IMG/VR virus record: IMGVR_UViG_3300043540_000321
Location: 1 to 64,000 of that record
Origin: a virus
Reading direction: 5' to 3' (one strand)
Length of the DNA stretch: 64,000 bases
Shown: in pieces, positions 27,294-36,686 of the stretch
Numbering within the stretch: the first letter of the stretch is position 1
Layout of the letters: the number at the start of each line of letters is the position of its first letter
Made by a program: the position numbers and the translations under genes
The notes under the pieces: model-generated
The model's input: the letters and a program-made list of their open reading frames with translations, nothing else
What the model was told of the DNA's origin: nothing
Databases searched by the model: none

Positions 27294-28305
27294 AACAATG
27301 GAAGAGCTTCAGTCGAGGCTCAAGGACGAATTCGATATTGAATTCGGCGATTATTCTTATTTAGAAACGTTGCCTACTCGTTTACCGAACTTGGACCGGA
27401 TCATGGGGGGAGGAATCCCTCTCGGACGACAGTTAGAAATATTCGGACCGTCAGGTTCAGGTAAAACCACCCTCGCTTTGTATGTCATGAGCCTGGCGCA
27501 GGAGCGAGGGTGGCCGACGGCTTATTTAGATTATGAACATCGACTCGACCCCAATCGCGATGCAATCAAACGGGCGAAATGTCAGCCTAACTTTTTCTAT
27601 TTCGATAAAGTTAAAGACCGAGACTTCATCACCGCAGAGGATGGAGTCAACTTCTTAAGGGCATTTCTTCCTACTAAGGACGGAACTCCTCGAGTTGCCA
27701 TAATAGACTCTCTCGCCGCATTTAAGCCAAGGTGCTCCTTCGAACGAGACATCGGAGATTCAGAGCAGCCGGGTCTCCAGGCTCGGTTCATGAGTCAGTA
27801 CATGCCGATGATCGGAGGTATCGTCAAATACAACCGCAGTATTTTGATCTGGATCAACCAACTTCGAAACAAGATAGGTGGGTATGGTAACCCAGAGGTG
27901 ACTCCAGGCGGTATGGCCACTCCTTACTATCAGACTCTCCGACTCCGCATCTCCAGAACGGAGATTATTAAAAATGAGGAAGACGGAGGCATCCGTTCCC
28001 GAATAGAGCTCATTAAAAGTTCGACTTCTAGAAGTCACCAGAGCTGTGAGATTAGTATCCGAGACAGTGGCATTGACCTACGCTCTGCTTTGTTCGAGGA
28101 GCTGAAAGTTCGAGAAGTCATTAGGTTGGGTGGAAGTTACTATAACTTCGCTCCTCAATATAGTGAGCTGGCGCAATCTTTGGGACTGGAAGTTGACCCC
28201 AAGAAAGGGATGGCTCGAATCGGGCAGGGAGAGAAGTCCGTCATGAAACTTTTATCCGACTCGGATGTTTTTGATAAGCTGTATGAAACAGTTTTGAACA
28301 CTTAA
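27286..28305 (+). CDS. recA: RecA/UvsX-like recombinase
   Basis: LDRIMGGGIPLGR..EIFGPSGSGKT, IIDSLAA, GLQARFMSQ, WINQLRNKIG..GNPEVTPGG. Confidence 0.92.
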   Translation: MSETMEELQSRLKDEFDIEFGDYSYLETLPTRLPNLDRIMGGGIPLGRQLEIFGPSGSGKTTLALYVMSLAQERGWPTAYLDYEHRLDPNRDAIKRAKCQPNFFYFDKVKDRDFITAEDGVNFLRAFLPTKDGTPRVAIIDSLAAFKPRCSFERDIGDSEQPGLQARFMSQYMPMIGGIVKYNRSILIWINQLRNKIGGYGNPEVTPGGMATPYYQTLRLRISRTEIIKNEEDGGIRSRIELIKSSTSRSHQSCEISIRDSGIDLRSALFEELKVREVIRLGGSYYNFAPQYSELAQSLGLEVDPKKGMARIGQGEKSVMKLLSDSDVFDKLYETVLNT

Positions 28306-28309
28306 AAGT

Positions 28310-28627
28310 ATGGAGCTCAAACAAAGAATCCCTCCTGAAATCGCTCAACTGCCTCTGGAAAAGTTCTACGAACATGTCCTGGCAGCAGAGCGGAGAGCGA
28401 AGGAGGCCGTCGATATGTCTACGGAAATGGTTGAGTCAATCCTCCGCCAGAATCAAGAGGCCACCATGCGCTGGCAGGATGCTATGAAGCTCCGGTTGAT
28501 GGTCGAGGACTATATTACGTTTTTGCAATCACCGGACACCTCCGCTGAGTCTCAGACCACCTATCACTTCTCCTATACCGCCGACTCTACCCAGCAAATT
28601 CCTTACGGAAGTACAAGCGACGAATGA
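28310..28627 (+). CDS. Hypothetical protein
   Basis: 105-aa ORF within the operon. Confidence 0.6.
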   Translation: MELKQRIPPEIAQLPLEKFYEHVLAAERRAKEAVDMSTEMVESILRQNQEATMRWQDAMKLRLMVEDYITFLQSPDTSAESQTTYHFSYTADSTQQIPYGSTSDE

Positions 28628-29994
28628 TTGACTTTGTTTATTTGAAAGAGCCTGAGGAGTATCTTCGGGCTCTTTCTTACTTAGAACCCGAACCTGACCC
28701 AGCATGTGACGTAGAAACTCACGTCCTCCAGAAGTGGAGAGGTCGTGGTGGGTCTGCTCTTGACCCCCACACCGGTCGCATCAGTCTGCTGACTCTAAAG
28801 GGAAGGGGTACAGTGCCCCACATATTTGACATCCTCGAGCTGGAGAGACGGGATTACGATCGCCGTCCCATGTACGAGTACCTGCGGTCGCGGAAGAAAC
28901 TCCTTTTATTTCAGAGTCAATTTGACCTGAAGTTTCTCTTTCGTCACTACGGTGTGTTCCTCCGAAACGCCTGGGACGTTCGTCTCATGGCAAAATTAAT
29001 AGGGAACGCCACCGGTTCCAAATACGCCCGACAGATGGGACATACCCTTGCCGACGTGTCGCGGGATTGGTTGGATGTCCACGTCTTCGGTAAGGGCAGC
29101 GAGCAGGTATCGGACTGGTACCCTCGCCCTCTGACGCAAGAGAAGTTGCAGTACGCCGCCTCCGACGTAATGTACTTACACGACCTGCACGATATGATGC
29201 TCCCGGTCATCATCAATCCCCTCCCAGTCTCTCCTCTGAATCCCAACGGAGCAGACGATAAAAACTATGGGCTGGGGATGGCGAGGACGCTCGACCTGGA
29301 AATGAAAATGTGCTCCGTTGCCGCCGAGATGGAGTACAACGGGCTGCCGGTCTCGGCTGCTCTATTGGAAGACATCCAACGAGCCATAAAAGATGAAGAG
29401 ACCCTCTCTGGACGGCTGTACGAGGTAGCGTCGGAACTCTGTGAGATCTTAGGACTGCCAACCGAACCCTGTCTCTGGACGGAGGATCGGATTCCATCGG
29501 ACGCGGCGTTTAAGACGTTGAACAACCCTGTGAAGCTGAAGATTTTAATAAATCAGCACACCAGGCTGAACCTCGATAGCTCGCAGACTCAATTGCTGAC
29601 TCGACTGTTAGACCTGTTAGCTCAGATAGAAGAGAAGGGTGAACCGGACTTCGTCGATGATGATGAGCAGGCAGTCTACGGAACGATCGCTAACATCGAA
29701 GAGTCCGTGGCACTGGCGATGAGCAAAACCTGCTCGTTAATCGTGGAGTATAAAAAACTCCAGAAGTTATACTCGATGGACTTGCGATCGTATGTAAACC
29801 CTTGCACAGGTTGTATTCATAGCCATCTGGACATGTTGGGGGCGGCTACTGGACGCTCCAGTGGGTCAAACCCAAATCCTCAAAACATTTCCGCCCGGAC
29901 GTATATCGAGATCGAGCGTCCGTTTAATGATCTATTTCCCAGCTCAGCGAATTATGACCAACTCTTACCCGACTGGAACCCCTTCGCAGCCTAG
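28624..29994 (+). CDS. polA: Family A DNA polymerase, N-terminal subunit (3'-5' exonuclease, thumb, motif TGR..NQN)
   Basis: ExoI CDVETH, ExoII QFDLKFL, ExoIII YAASD; ends shortly after TGRSSGSNPNPQNI. Confidence 0.88.
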   Translation: MIDFVYLKEPEEYLRALSYLEPEPDPACDVETHVLQKWRGRGGSALDPHTGRISLLTLKGRGTVPHIFDILELERRDYDRRPMYEYLRSRKKLLLFQSQFDLKFLFRHYGVFLRNAWDVRLMAKLIGNATGSKYARQMGHTLADVSRDWLDVHVFGKGSEQVSDWYPRPLTQEKLQYAASDVMYLHDLHDMMLPVIINPLPVSPLNPNGADDKNYGLGMARTLDLEMKMCSVAAEMEYNGLPVSAALLEDIQRAIKDEETLSGRLYEVASELCEILGLPTEPCLWTEDRIPSDAAFKTLNNPVKLKILINQHTRLNLDSSQTQLLTRLLDLLAQIEEKGEPDFVDDDEQAVYGTIANIEESVALAMSKTCSLIVEYKKLQKLYSMDLRSYVNPCTGCIHSHLDMLGAATGRSSGSNPNPQNISARTYIEIERPFNDLFPSSANYDQLLPDWNPFAA

Positions 29995-30133
29995 CGACAT
30001 CGTCTGCGACCTGGGAGACCTAAAGTTACATCTCATGGACAAGATTCAACTTCTGACCCTAAAACGAGCATTAGCTCACCTGATTGAGAAAATCGACGCG
30101 GAGTTAGATAAACATGACACACCACATTCTTAA
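29954..30133 (+). CDS. Small hypothetical protein
   Basis: ATG at 29954, helical C-terminus; overlaps the next gene. Confidence 0.45.
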   Translation: MTNSYPTGTPSQPSDIVCDLGDLKLHLMDKIQLLTLKRALAHLIEKIDAELDKHDTPHS

Positions 30134-30422
30134 GACGCATCCCGAACCCTTTGAAGCCTTATGGAGCCGGGTGAAACCCTTTGAGTTCAGAAGAAACGAC
30201 AGAGATTTTCAGGTTGGCGACTCCTTTGTCTTGAAGGAGTTTGTGCCGGACCTGGTTCCAGATGAAATCGGCGGGTGCTTTACCGGACGGTCTATCTTTG
30301 GAACCATCCCTTATGTTCTGAAGGAAGGGTATGGAATCCCAGAGGGATACTGCATATTCACCGTCAAAGAAGTCGGTAGAACGCTTAGAGAACCACTTGG
30401 AGTCGATGAAACCTTTAATTAA
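30114..30422 (+). CDS. ASCH/DUF3850-like protein
   Basis: HILKTHPEPF..KPFEFRRNDRDFQVGD..LKEF. Confidence 0.8.
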   Translation: MTHHILKTHPEPFEALWSRVKPFEFRRNDRDFQVGDSFVLKEFVPDLVPDEIGGCFTGRSIFGTIPYVLKEGYGIPEGYCIFTVKEVGRTLREPLGVDETFN

Positions 30423-31194
30423 ATCAGCCGGCGGCAAAAGCTGGTTGGCTCCCAAAATTAAGCAGATTTATCTTGAACGGTTCGATGGATATCGAGTCGT
30501 CGAACCGTTCGCGGGTGGTGCGGCGGTGACGTTTGAGATACTGCCTAAACACGCTTTATTAAATGACGTCAACCAGGCAATTATTAATCTCTATACCTGG
30601 GTCTCTACAGGAATTCCCTTTAACCCAGAGTACTTTGTCTGTGAGAAAGACCATTTCTATAGGATGCGGCAGGAATTTAACAAGGGATTTATCAAGGGAG
30701 ACCCCTGGTCGCACAGGTCAGCTCAACTCTTCTACTTTTTGAATAAAACCTGCTTCAACGGCCTGACCCGGTTCAATGCTAAGGGAGAGTTTAACGTTCC
30801 TTTTGGCAAGTACAAGTCTGTGAACTATCGTCTGGACGAGCTGCCGTACTATGCCGGAGTGATGGGACGGTGGAGCTTCACCCAAATGCACTTTGCAGAT
30901 CTCCTGCTGGCAAACGGGCGTGAAGACGACTTCACTTACTGCGACCCACCTTACGACGATGGGTTTGTGCAGTACTCGAAAGACGGGTTCTCCTGGGAAG
31001 AGCAGGTTGAACTGGTCGAAAGGCTGAAGGTTCTACCCGGTCCAGTTATCGCATCAAACAAAGCCACCGATCGGATTCTCGACCTCTACGCCAATGCAGG
31101 GTTCGAGATTGAGTTGTTGGATGCTCCAAGAGCGATCAGTTGCAAGGGCGATCGCACGCCGGTGAGGGAAATGTTTGCCACGAGGAACCTGTGA
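30406..31194 (+). CDS. dam: Dam-like DNA adenine methyltransferase (D12 class)
   Basis: KSAGGKSWL, EPFAGGAAV, NDVN, NKTCFNGL.RFN..G.FNVPFG, YCDPPY. Confidence 0.92.
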   Translation: MKPLIKSAGGKSWLAPKIKQIYLERFDGYRVVEPFAGGAAVTFEILPKHALLNDVNQAIINLYTWVSTGIPFNPEYFVCEKDHFYRMRQEFNKGFIKGDPWSHRSAQLFYFLNKTCFNGLTRFNAKGEFNVPFGKYKSVNYRLDELPYYAGVMGRWSFTQMHFADLLLANGREDDFTYCDPPYDDGFVQYSKDGFSWEEQVELVERLKVLPGPVIASNKATDRILDLYANAGFEIELLDAPRAISCKGDRTPVREMFATRNL

Positions 31195-31433
31195 GTAAAA
31201 CCTTAGAAGACTTGTTAGTCAAAAAAAGTATGCCGGAGATTCTGGTTCTCTTTAGAGAGGCAGAGACTTATCGGGAGTCCGGCGGGTTGCCGGAGGATTC
31301 TAAGATCCGAGAGCTGGCGCACCAGATTTTCTATCCAGTTAACGCTCTTCAACTAACGGCTGTCTGCAATGAGATCTATCGACAACTGGCGATCGAGGCA
31401 GTCACCTACTTCAAGCGACAGTCCCAGGTATGA
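31191..31433 (+). CDS. Hypothetical protein
   Basis: GTGA overlap with the dam stop. Confidence 0.55.
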   Translation: MSKTLEDLLVKKSMPEILVLFREAETYRESGGLPEDSKIRELAHQIFYPVNALQLTAVCNEIYRQLAIEAVTYFKRQSQV

Positions 31434-31675
31434 GTAGAGGGTTCTCTAAACCGACCAAGTTTGAAATTATCCTCCTCGTAGCATTTGAGGAGGGAATCCT
31501 TCTTCTGCCGTACCACGCGGTCAGGAATTTTATGACTTCCAGCCAGACTCGCACGACTCTGGAGTCCTTAGAGAAAAGGGGCTGGGTTGTTAACGCATCT
31601 CCGTATCGCTTGACAGATAGAGGGAAGGAGGCTCGGAGTCGGTATGTCAACTCCAACAATAGACGCCGTCGTTAA
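31430..31675 (+). CDS. Small hypothetical protein, possible winged helix
   Basis: TLESLEKRGWV..YRLTDRGKE wing-like pattern. Confidence 0.5.
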   Translation: MSRGFSKPTKFEIILLVAFEEGILLLPYHAVRNFMTSSQTRTTLESLEKRGWVVNASPYRLTDRGKEARSRYVNSNNRRRR

Positions 31676-32651
31676 GATCGGTCTTCGGTCTCACGACGGC
31701 AAACCAAAGCCAGGTATTACTATGCGTCAGGCGTTTGTGGCTCCTGACGACTGGGCAGTATTAAGTTGCGACTACGGTAACCAAGAACTATACATTGCTG
31801 CCTTCGAGTCGAAAGATACGGCGATGTTGAAGGCGTTCAGTGACTCGAAGACTCTGCCTCTTCTAGATGCCTCTGGACAACCTATGTTCAAAGACGGCCA
31901 GCAGATCTTCTACCCAAACCCGCACGCGGATTTGCACTGTCTGACTGCCGTGTTTTGCTGTTTCCCGCGACTGTTTGAGGGAAGACCCGAGTATGAGTGG
32001 GTTCGCATCTCCAAAGATGAGACCCTGATCGTTCAGAAAGGGTGTGCCCGGGATTACGGGAAAAAGACAAACTTCGGAATCGCGTACATGCAGACCGCCC
32101 AAGCAATGGCGCAACTGAACTATGTGCGTGAGGAAGAGTGTGCTCAGTGGATTAAGGCTCACCAATCGCTCTATCCTGAATTTCATGCCTGGGCTCAGGA
32201 AAAGGCTGGGTTCTCGAATGCGAGAGGCTGGGTCGAGAACTCCCTGGGTCGAATCCGCTGGACGGCGGAAGATAACGCGAAGAAGGCTGGAGCATCCCCG
32301 GCCCGATCGGGTGTAAACCACTGCATCCAATCGATGGCAGCGGAGCAAGCTAAGCTCGCGCTGTGGAAAATCTCTGAGCGTCTTGAAAAAGAACCTCTGG
32401 CATTCCGACCCAAATTATCCATGCTCGTTCATGATGAGATCATCGTGATCGTTCCAGGAAAACTCATCTTGGATGAGACGAAGTGCATGTACGACGGTGT
32501 GACCTTTGTACCTGTCTATCGTCCAGACGAAGATGTTAAATACTGGGCTAAAGAACTCCAGACGTTAATGGAGGAGGCTCAAGCTGAGACCTTCAACTGG
32601 GAATTGCCGGGTAAAGCGGACCCTTCTACCTCCAGATTCTGGGCGCATTAG
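31644..32651 (+). CDS. polA: Family A DNA polymerase, C-terminal catalytic subunit
   Basis: MRQAFVAPDDWAVLSCDYGNQEL (motif A), RDYGKKTNFGIAY (motif B), LVHDEI (motif C). Confidence 0.9.
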   Translation: MSTPTIDAVVKIGLRSHDGKPKPGITMRQAFVAPDDWAVLSCDYGNQELYIAAFESKDTAMLKAFSDSKTLPLLDASGQPMFKDGQQIFYPNPHADLHCLTAVFCCFPRLFEGRPEYEWVRISKDETLIVQKGCARDYGKKTNFGIAYMQTAQAMAQLNYVREEECAQWIKAHQSLYPEFHAWAQEKAGFSNARGWVENSLGRIRWTAEDNAKKAGASPARSGVNHCIQSMAAEQAKLALWKISERLEKEPLAFRPKLSMLVHDEIIVIVPGKLILDETKCMYDGVTFVPVYRPDEDVKYWAKELQTLMEEAQAETFNWELPGKADPSTSRFWAH

Positions 32652-32730
32652 CCGTTTCTCCGTCCTTTCAAATGAGTACTTGAGGCTCTCCTTTAGTCGC
32701 AATACTGGAGGGAGAGCCTACTTCCTTTTT

Positions 32731-33570
32731 ATGTCTCCATCCACTTCTACTCCACAAAGTCCGCCAGCAGAGTCTGGAGTTAAACCTGTCCAAACCACCC
32801 AGGCTCAAAATCTAACAACCACTCAGGCACATCCGGAGAACAAAGTTACGACTGATATTAAAGAGACGTTGTCTTCGATCGAAGGCTACCTCATTCTTAT
32901 CGGTCTGTTGATTATTGCTGGGGCAATTCAGAGGTTTCTGATACCTTTGCTCCAAAGATGGCTAAGTCAACCGCTGCATCCGTTTAAGCACGACATGAAG
33001 ATAGCTCAGATGCTGAGCTTCCTCCTGGGACGGGCGGGTGAAGATGCCATTCGTATCGTCATGTACGAGTTCCACAACGGAGATATTACAGGGTCTGGTC
33101 GGCACTATAATCGAATCTCCATCACGAATGAAGAAGGGGTGCCTAAGGCTGCGCCTTTCTTCAAGGAGTACCAGAGTGCTCCAGTTGGGATTTTTAATAA
33201 ATCGATCGAGTCCTGTTTTAATAATGACCTGTTCAGGAACGAGGCCAATGTTCAGGACCTTGGAGAGCACGGAAAGATGCTTCAGGTCTATGGTGTAGTT
33301 CAGGTGGCTCAGTATCTCATCTACCAAGACCCTGTATACTACGGAATCCTGGAGATTCATTATGAGTCTGATGAATCTATTCCAGTATCCTTAAAGGAAG
33401 ATATGGAAGAGGTGGCGCTGCGGATCAGACATACCATGCAGACGGCAAACGCAAGTCTGTGGAATGCTATCTTTCAGCAATTCCGAAACACGTCTCTGCA
33501 ACAACAAGCCTCTTCTCTATCTAACGTTAACAACAGCAATATACCTCCACCTTCGTTCCCTCAGAAATGA
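32731..33570 (+). CDS. Single-TM protein with a GAF-like domain (possibly T4 holin T-like)
   Basis: One TM segment, then IVMYEFHNG..SITNE..GILEIHY GAF-like pattern. Confidence 0.45.
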   Translation: MSPSTSTPQSPPAESGVKPVQTTQAQNLTTTQAHPENKVTTDIKETLSSIEGYLILIGLLIIAGAIQRFLIPLLQRWLSQPLHPFKHDMKIAQMLSFLLGRAGEDAIRIVMYEFHNGDITGSGRHYNRISITNEEGVPKAAPFFKEYQSAPVGIFNKSIESCFNNDLFRNEANVQDLGEHGKMLQVYGVVQVAQYLIYQDPVYYGILEIHYESDESIPVSLKEDMEEVALRIRHTMQTANASLWNAIFQQFRNTSLQQQASSLSNVNNSNIPPPSFPQK

Positions 33571-34166
33571 TCGAAAAGTCGTTTGGTCGCCTATTCACTA
33601 TCCGGAAATGGGTTCGAGACCCTCAATGGATTCTCGACCATCATCCCCAGGTCTATCTTTCAAGTCAGATTGGAAAGATAGAGACCGCCCTGTACCTGTC
33701 CGAAGAGCAGACTGTTACCCTACAGGTATCCTCACACCGGGACTTGTTATTCGTGCTGGACTGCAACAGAGGTAATTACAGCCTGCGGATTCCAATCGGG
33801 AACCTCGTTTATTCAAACGAGACCTCGTCTGGGTTCCTCTATGGGATTTTCTCGGACATCGATCGCATTAACTACAATGCGAAAAGAGGGAAGGTAGCAA
33901 TAGCACCTAACTCTTTAGGGCCGGGACTACTCATCGTCTATGTTGTCGAACTGAACCTGTGGCAAAGGTCTCGAAAGAGTGCCTTTACTCGGCTGATGGA
34001 CAACTTACGGTATGAGGTCAACATGATCCTGAACCCGAAGCTGGCGGAAATCTTTCAGGAAAGGGATAGTTATCAGACGATGCTTTCCGAATTCAATCTA
34101 GGAGAGATTGAAAAGTTACCTCCGTTACATGACGACGGAGAGGACGACCTAAACTCACTTGCTTGA
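33567..34166 (+). CDS. Hypothetical protein
   Basis: ATGA overlap with the upstream gene; 199 aa. Confidence 0.65.
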   Translation: MIEKSFGRLFTIRKWVRDPQWILDHHPQVYLSSQIGKIETALYLSEEQTVTLQVSSHRDLLFVLDCNRGNYSLRIPIGNLVYSNETSSGFLYGIFSDIDRINYNAKRGKVAIAPNSLGPGLLIVYVVELNLWQRSRKSAFTRLMDNLRYEVNMILNPKLAEIFQERDSYQTMLSEFNLGEIEKLPPLHDDGEDDLNSLA

Positions 34167-34174
34167 TATGTTCG

Positions 34175-35500
34175 ATGACTATACGTTTCGCGCAAGCACT
34201 CAACCTTAAAGGCCTGTTGGCAAAGGTCTATAGTTATTCTCCAGATGAGATTTTGACCGCAACGAGTTGTGTGCTTTTAAGACAACTCGCATTTAATAAA
34301 ACCCAACTGACCTCTATAGAGCCTCGCCGAGCTATTTTTCGACGAGAGTTCATCCACCAAGGCGCAGATGAGGGAGGCATGGAAGGGATCGAGCTCCTGA
34401 TTGACCAGAAGGAGTTGAAAGAGCGTCTAGACAGATTGGTTGCTGGAAACACTGGGAGCTTAACACTCAAGACCGAGCGGGGTCGGCTGGTTCTAAAGGC
34501 TGACTATTACGTGTCGGCAAGCGGAGCTGAGCGCCAGCGGGCGAGCAGTACCATCCGTCAGTACCCTGGACCGACATCCGACTTTGGACCCCTGATTGAT
34601 TTTGAGGGAGACTCTATTGTTTCGGTGTCTGCAGACGAATTTAACCAGGCTGTCTTCCTCTTAGATTCCTTCGCAGGTCTTTCTAATGAGAAACCTTTCG
34701 AAGGGGATGCGGCAAACACCTTGGCCCTAGTCGAAATCGATCGCGACCGCCTGACGTTGTCTGCATCCTTCAAGTCCGCCTACTTAGCATACGCTCAACT
34801 ATCCATCCCTGTCTGCGCCAATAACTTGACCGCCCCTATGAAGTTCGCGATCGAGGGCCGGCAGCTCAAACGTCTGTCCGGACTGGGCGGCTCTAAAGAT
34901 TTGGTCGATGTCTACATCACAAAGGATGGAGACGATGAAGAGGCCGGAGAAGAGTGGGTCACTTTTGCAGGTCCAGCGGGGTCGACCAGTCTCAGAATGT
35001 ACCCATTGAATGTTCGTTTGCGACAGGATACCGTCTTGTTTAACGACCATCCGGACCTGAGCAGTTATGCTACCCGACTTCCTTCTATTGACGAGATGGT
35101 CTCGGCTGTGATTATTCAACAGCCTTCTAATTCCGACCCTCAGCAGGACCTACTCCTTATGGAGAAGTCTGGGCAGATGGTCGTTCTTCAATCTGGGAAA
35201 GTCGGTGACTTTGACCAGGCGGTCGCCCCTTTCGACCCAGTTAACTCTGAGGGTAGTTGGGCACCGGTACTGATCAACAGTAAGACGCTTCTGTCGTCTC
35301 TGAAACTGGTTAAGACCTACTTGGGCCGATTAAAAATTCAGTCCGCTAATGCCGTAATGAACCAGAAGATCTTAACCTTTAAGAAGGGAGGAAAGTCCTG
35401 GGTTCTCTACGTCAAGCCAGCGATGATGGATGGAATCGAACTCAATTTCCTTCTGCAATGTTCCCTAGCCACACCTGACCAAATCAACACAGACGAATAA
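34175..35500 (+). CDS. Putative beta sliding clamp (DnaN-like)
   Basis: N-terminus MTIRF..LKGLLAKV..CVLL..QLTS, later LLIDQKELKERL..LTL..RLVLKA..SDFGPL..VSADEFNQAV follows the DnaN pattern; about 440 aa. Confidence 0.55.
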   Translation: MTIRFAQALNLKGLLAKVYSYSPDEILTATSCVLLRQLAFNKTQLTSIEPRRAIFRREFIHQGADEGGMEGIELLIDQKELKERLDRLVAGNTGSLTLKTERGRLVLKADYYVSASGAERQRASSTIRQYPGPTSDFGPLIDFEGDSIVSVSADEFNQAVFLLDSFAGLSNEKPFEGDAANTLALVEIDRDRLTLSASFKSAYLAYAQLSIPVCANNLTAPMKFAIEGRQLKRLSGLGGSKDLVDVYITKDGDDEEAGEEWVTFAGPAGSTSLRMYPLNVRLRQDTVLFNDHPDLSSYATRLPSIDEMVSAVIIQQPSNSDPQQDLLLMEKSGQMVVLQSGKVGDFDQAVAPFDPVNSEGSWAPVLINSKTLLSSLKLVKTYLGRLKIQSANAVMNQKILTFKKGGKSWVLYVKPAMMDGIELNFLLQCSLATPDQINTDE

Positions 35501-35766
35501 TGCCACTCATCCATAAAGGACTCGTAAAACTTTTAGAGGAAGCAGGCGAGCTTCAGCAGATTGTTGCGAAGAAGATTAGCTACATGGACACGGATATCCA
35601 TCCCGACGGGAAGGGAAGCTTAAAGGAAAGGATGGAAGACGAGATCGCCGATCTCCTAGCCGCGACTGAGTACGTCACGCATCAGTTTAACCTTGACCAG
35701 TTCAGGATTGAAAGTCGAAAGAGAGACAAACTACGAGTCTTCAAGATTTATGCGGGAGAACCCTGA
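35500..35766 (+). CDS. mazG: MazG-like NTP pyrophosphohydrolase
   Basis: KLLEEAGELQQ..EDEIADL (EExxE..E..D). Confidence 0.8.
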   Translation: MPLIHKGLVKLLEEAGELQQIVAKKISYMDTDIHPDGKGSLKERMEDEIADLLAATEYVTHQFNLDQFRIESRKRDKLRVFKIYAGEP

Positions 35767-35962
35767 AAAGTATAAAATTCGGTACCCGTCTTATCTCCCC
35801 TGGAGTAGTCAACAATGGTTGGTCGCCCAGGGGGACGTTCTTTTAAGTGACGAGGACGGGACTCATTACTTAGTCACCCGGGTGTACAAGTCTCCAGTAC
35901 CCGGCGAGAAACCTGTAATCTACGCAAGGGAAATCGAAAGTGACCTGCACGACATACAGTGA
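35750..35962 (+). CDS. Small hypothetical protein
   Basis: ATG at 35750, overlaps both neighbours. Confidence 0.45.
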   Translation: MRENPEKYKIRYPSYLPWSSQQWLVAQGDVLLSDEDGTHYLVTRVYKSPVPGEKPVIYAREIESDLHDIQ

Positions 35963-36686
35963 TGGTAGCGATCGCCACCCACTTATTCAGTTCAATCGCG
36001 AATGTAGCGGTTGCAGTTTTAGAAAAGGAAAGGCTGTTGGTGGGGCAGGGCCAGATGACCTGTCTCAGGTGAGACTCATTCTGATATCGGACTACCCCGG
36101 ACACTATGAGTCCGAGGACAACATCCCGTTTGTCTCTAATGATGTCAAGCGTCAGCCTCAGGTTAGTAGAGGAAAGGTCTCCCTTCTGGGGTTCCGCAAT
36201 GCGGGCAGTGCCATCCGATATTATTTGGAGGAGCTGAGGCTGGACACCTTCACAGAGGTCTGGATGACCAACGCGGTCCGATGTGACCCCGAAGGAAAGT
36301 CCATACCGGACAAGCATCTGAAGGCCTGTGTCTCCTCCTGGTTGAGCAACGACTTGCGCGTGCTTGACCAGTATGTTCCTGATGTTCCTATTCTGATAGC
36401 CGGCAGTGTCGCGTTTCGGGCACTTCAGCTCTTGGATGCCCGGTTCAAAAAACTGAAGTTAAGAAACTGCAGGCGGACGAATAACTACAGGCTGGGATTA
36501 CATCCGCTGGTCTTTACATACAATCCGGTTGCAGTTGGGCGATCGGAGATGAGAGTAGAGTCGGACATCGAGCTCGATGCTTACAATCAGTACAAAGTTC
36601 GAGAGGTAAGGACTTTACCTGAGTTGCCAGGCTCTCCAGTCTGGCAGTTCAGACGAGACCTGGGTTATCTGAAGGATCTGCTTTAG
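35940..36686 (+). CDS. Uracil-DNA glycosylase family 4-like protein with altered motifs
   Basis: CSGCSF, ILISDYPG, WMTNAVRC, C..WL..DL, ILIAGSVA, TYNP. Confidence 0.75.
   Translation: MTCTTYSDGSDRHPLIQFNRECSGCSFRKGKAVGGAGPDDLSQVRLILISDYPGHYESEDNIPFVSNDVKRQPQVSRGKVSLLGFRNAGSAIRYYLEELRLDTFTEVWMTNAVRCDPEGKSIPDKHLKACVSSWLSNDLRVLDQYVPDVPILIAGSVAFRALQLLDARFKKLKLRNCRRTNNYRLGLHPLVFTYNPVAVGRSEMRVESDIELDAYNQYKVREVRTLPELPGSPVWQFRRDLGYLKDLL

Noticed and set aside
29880-31730. Split intein or group I intron explaining the polymerase split
   Set aside because: No intein N-terminal C/S block or C-terminal HN motif at the ends; the gap is filled with ordinary overlapping genes and no homing endonuclease; splicing was not excluded experimentally
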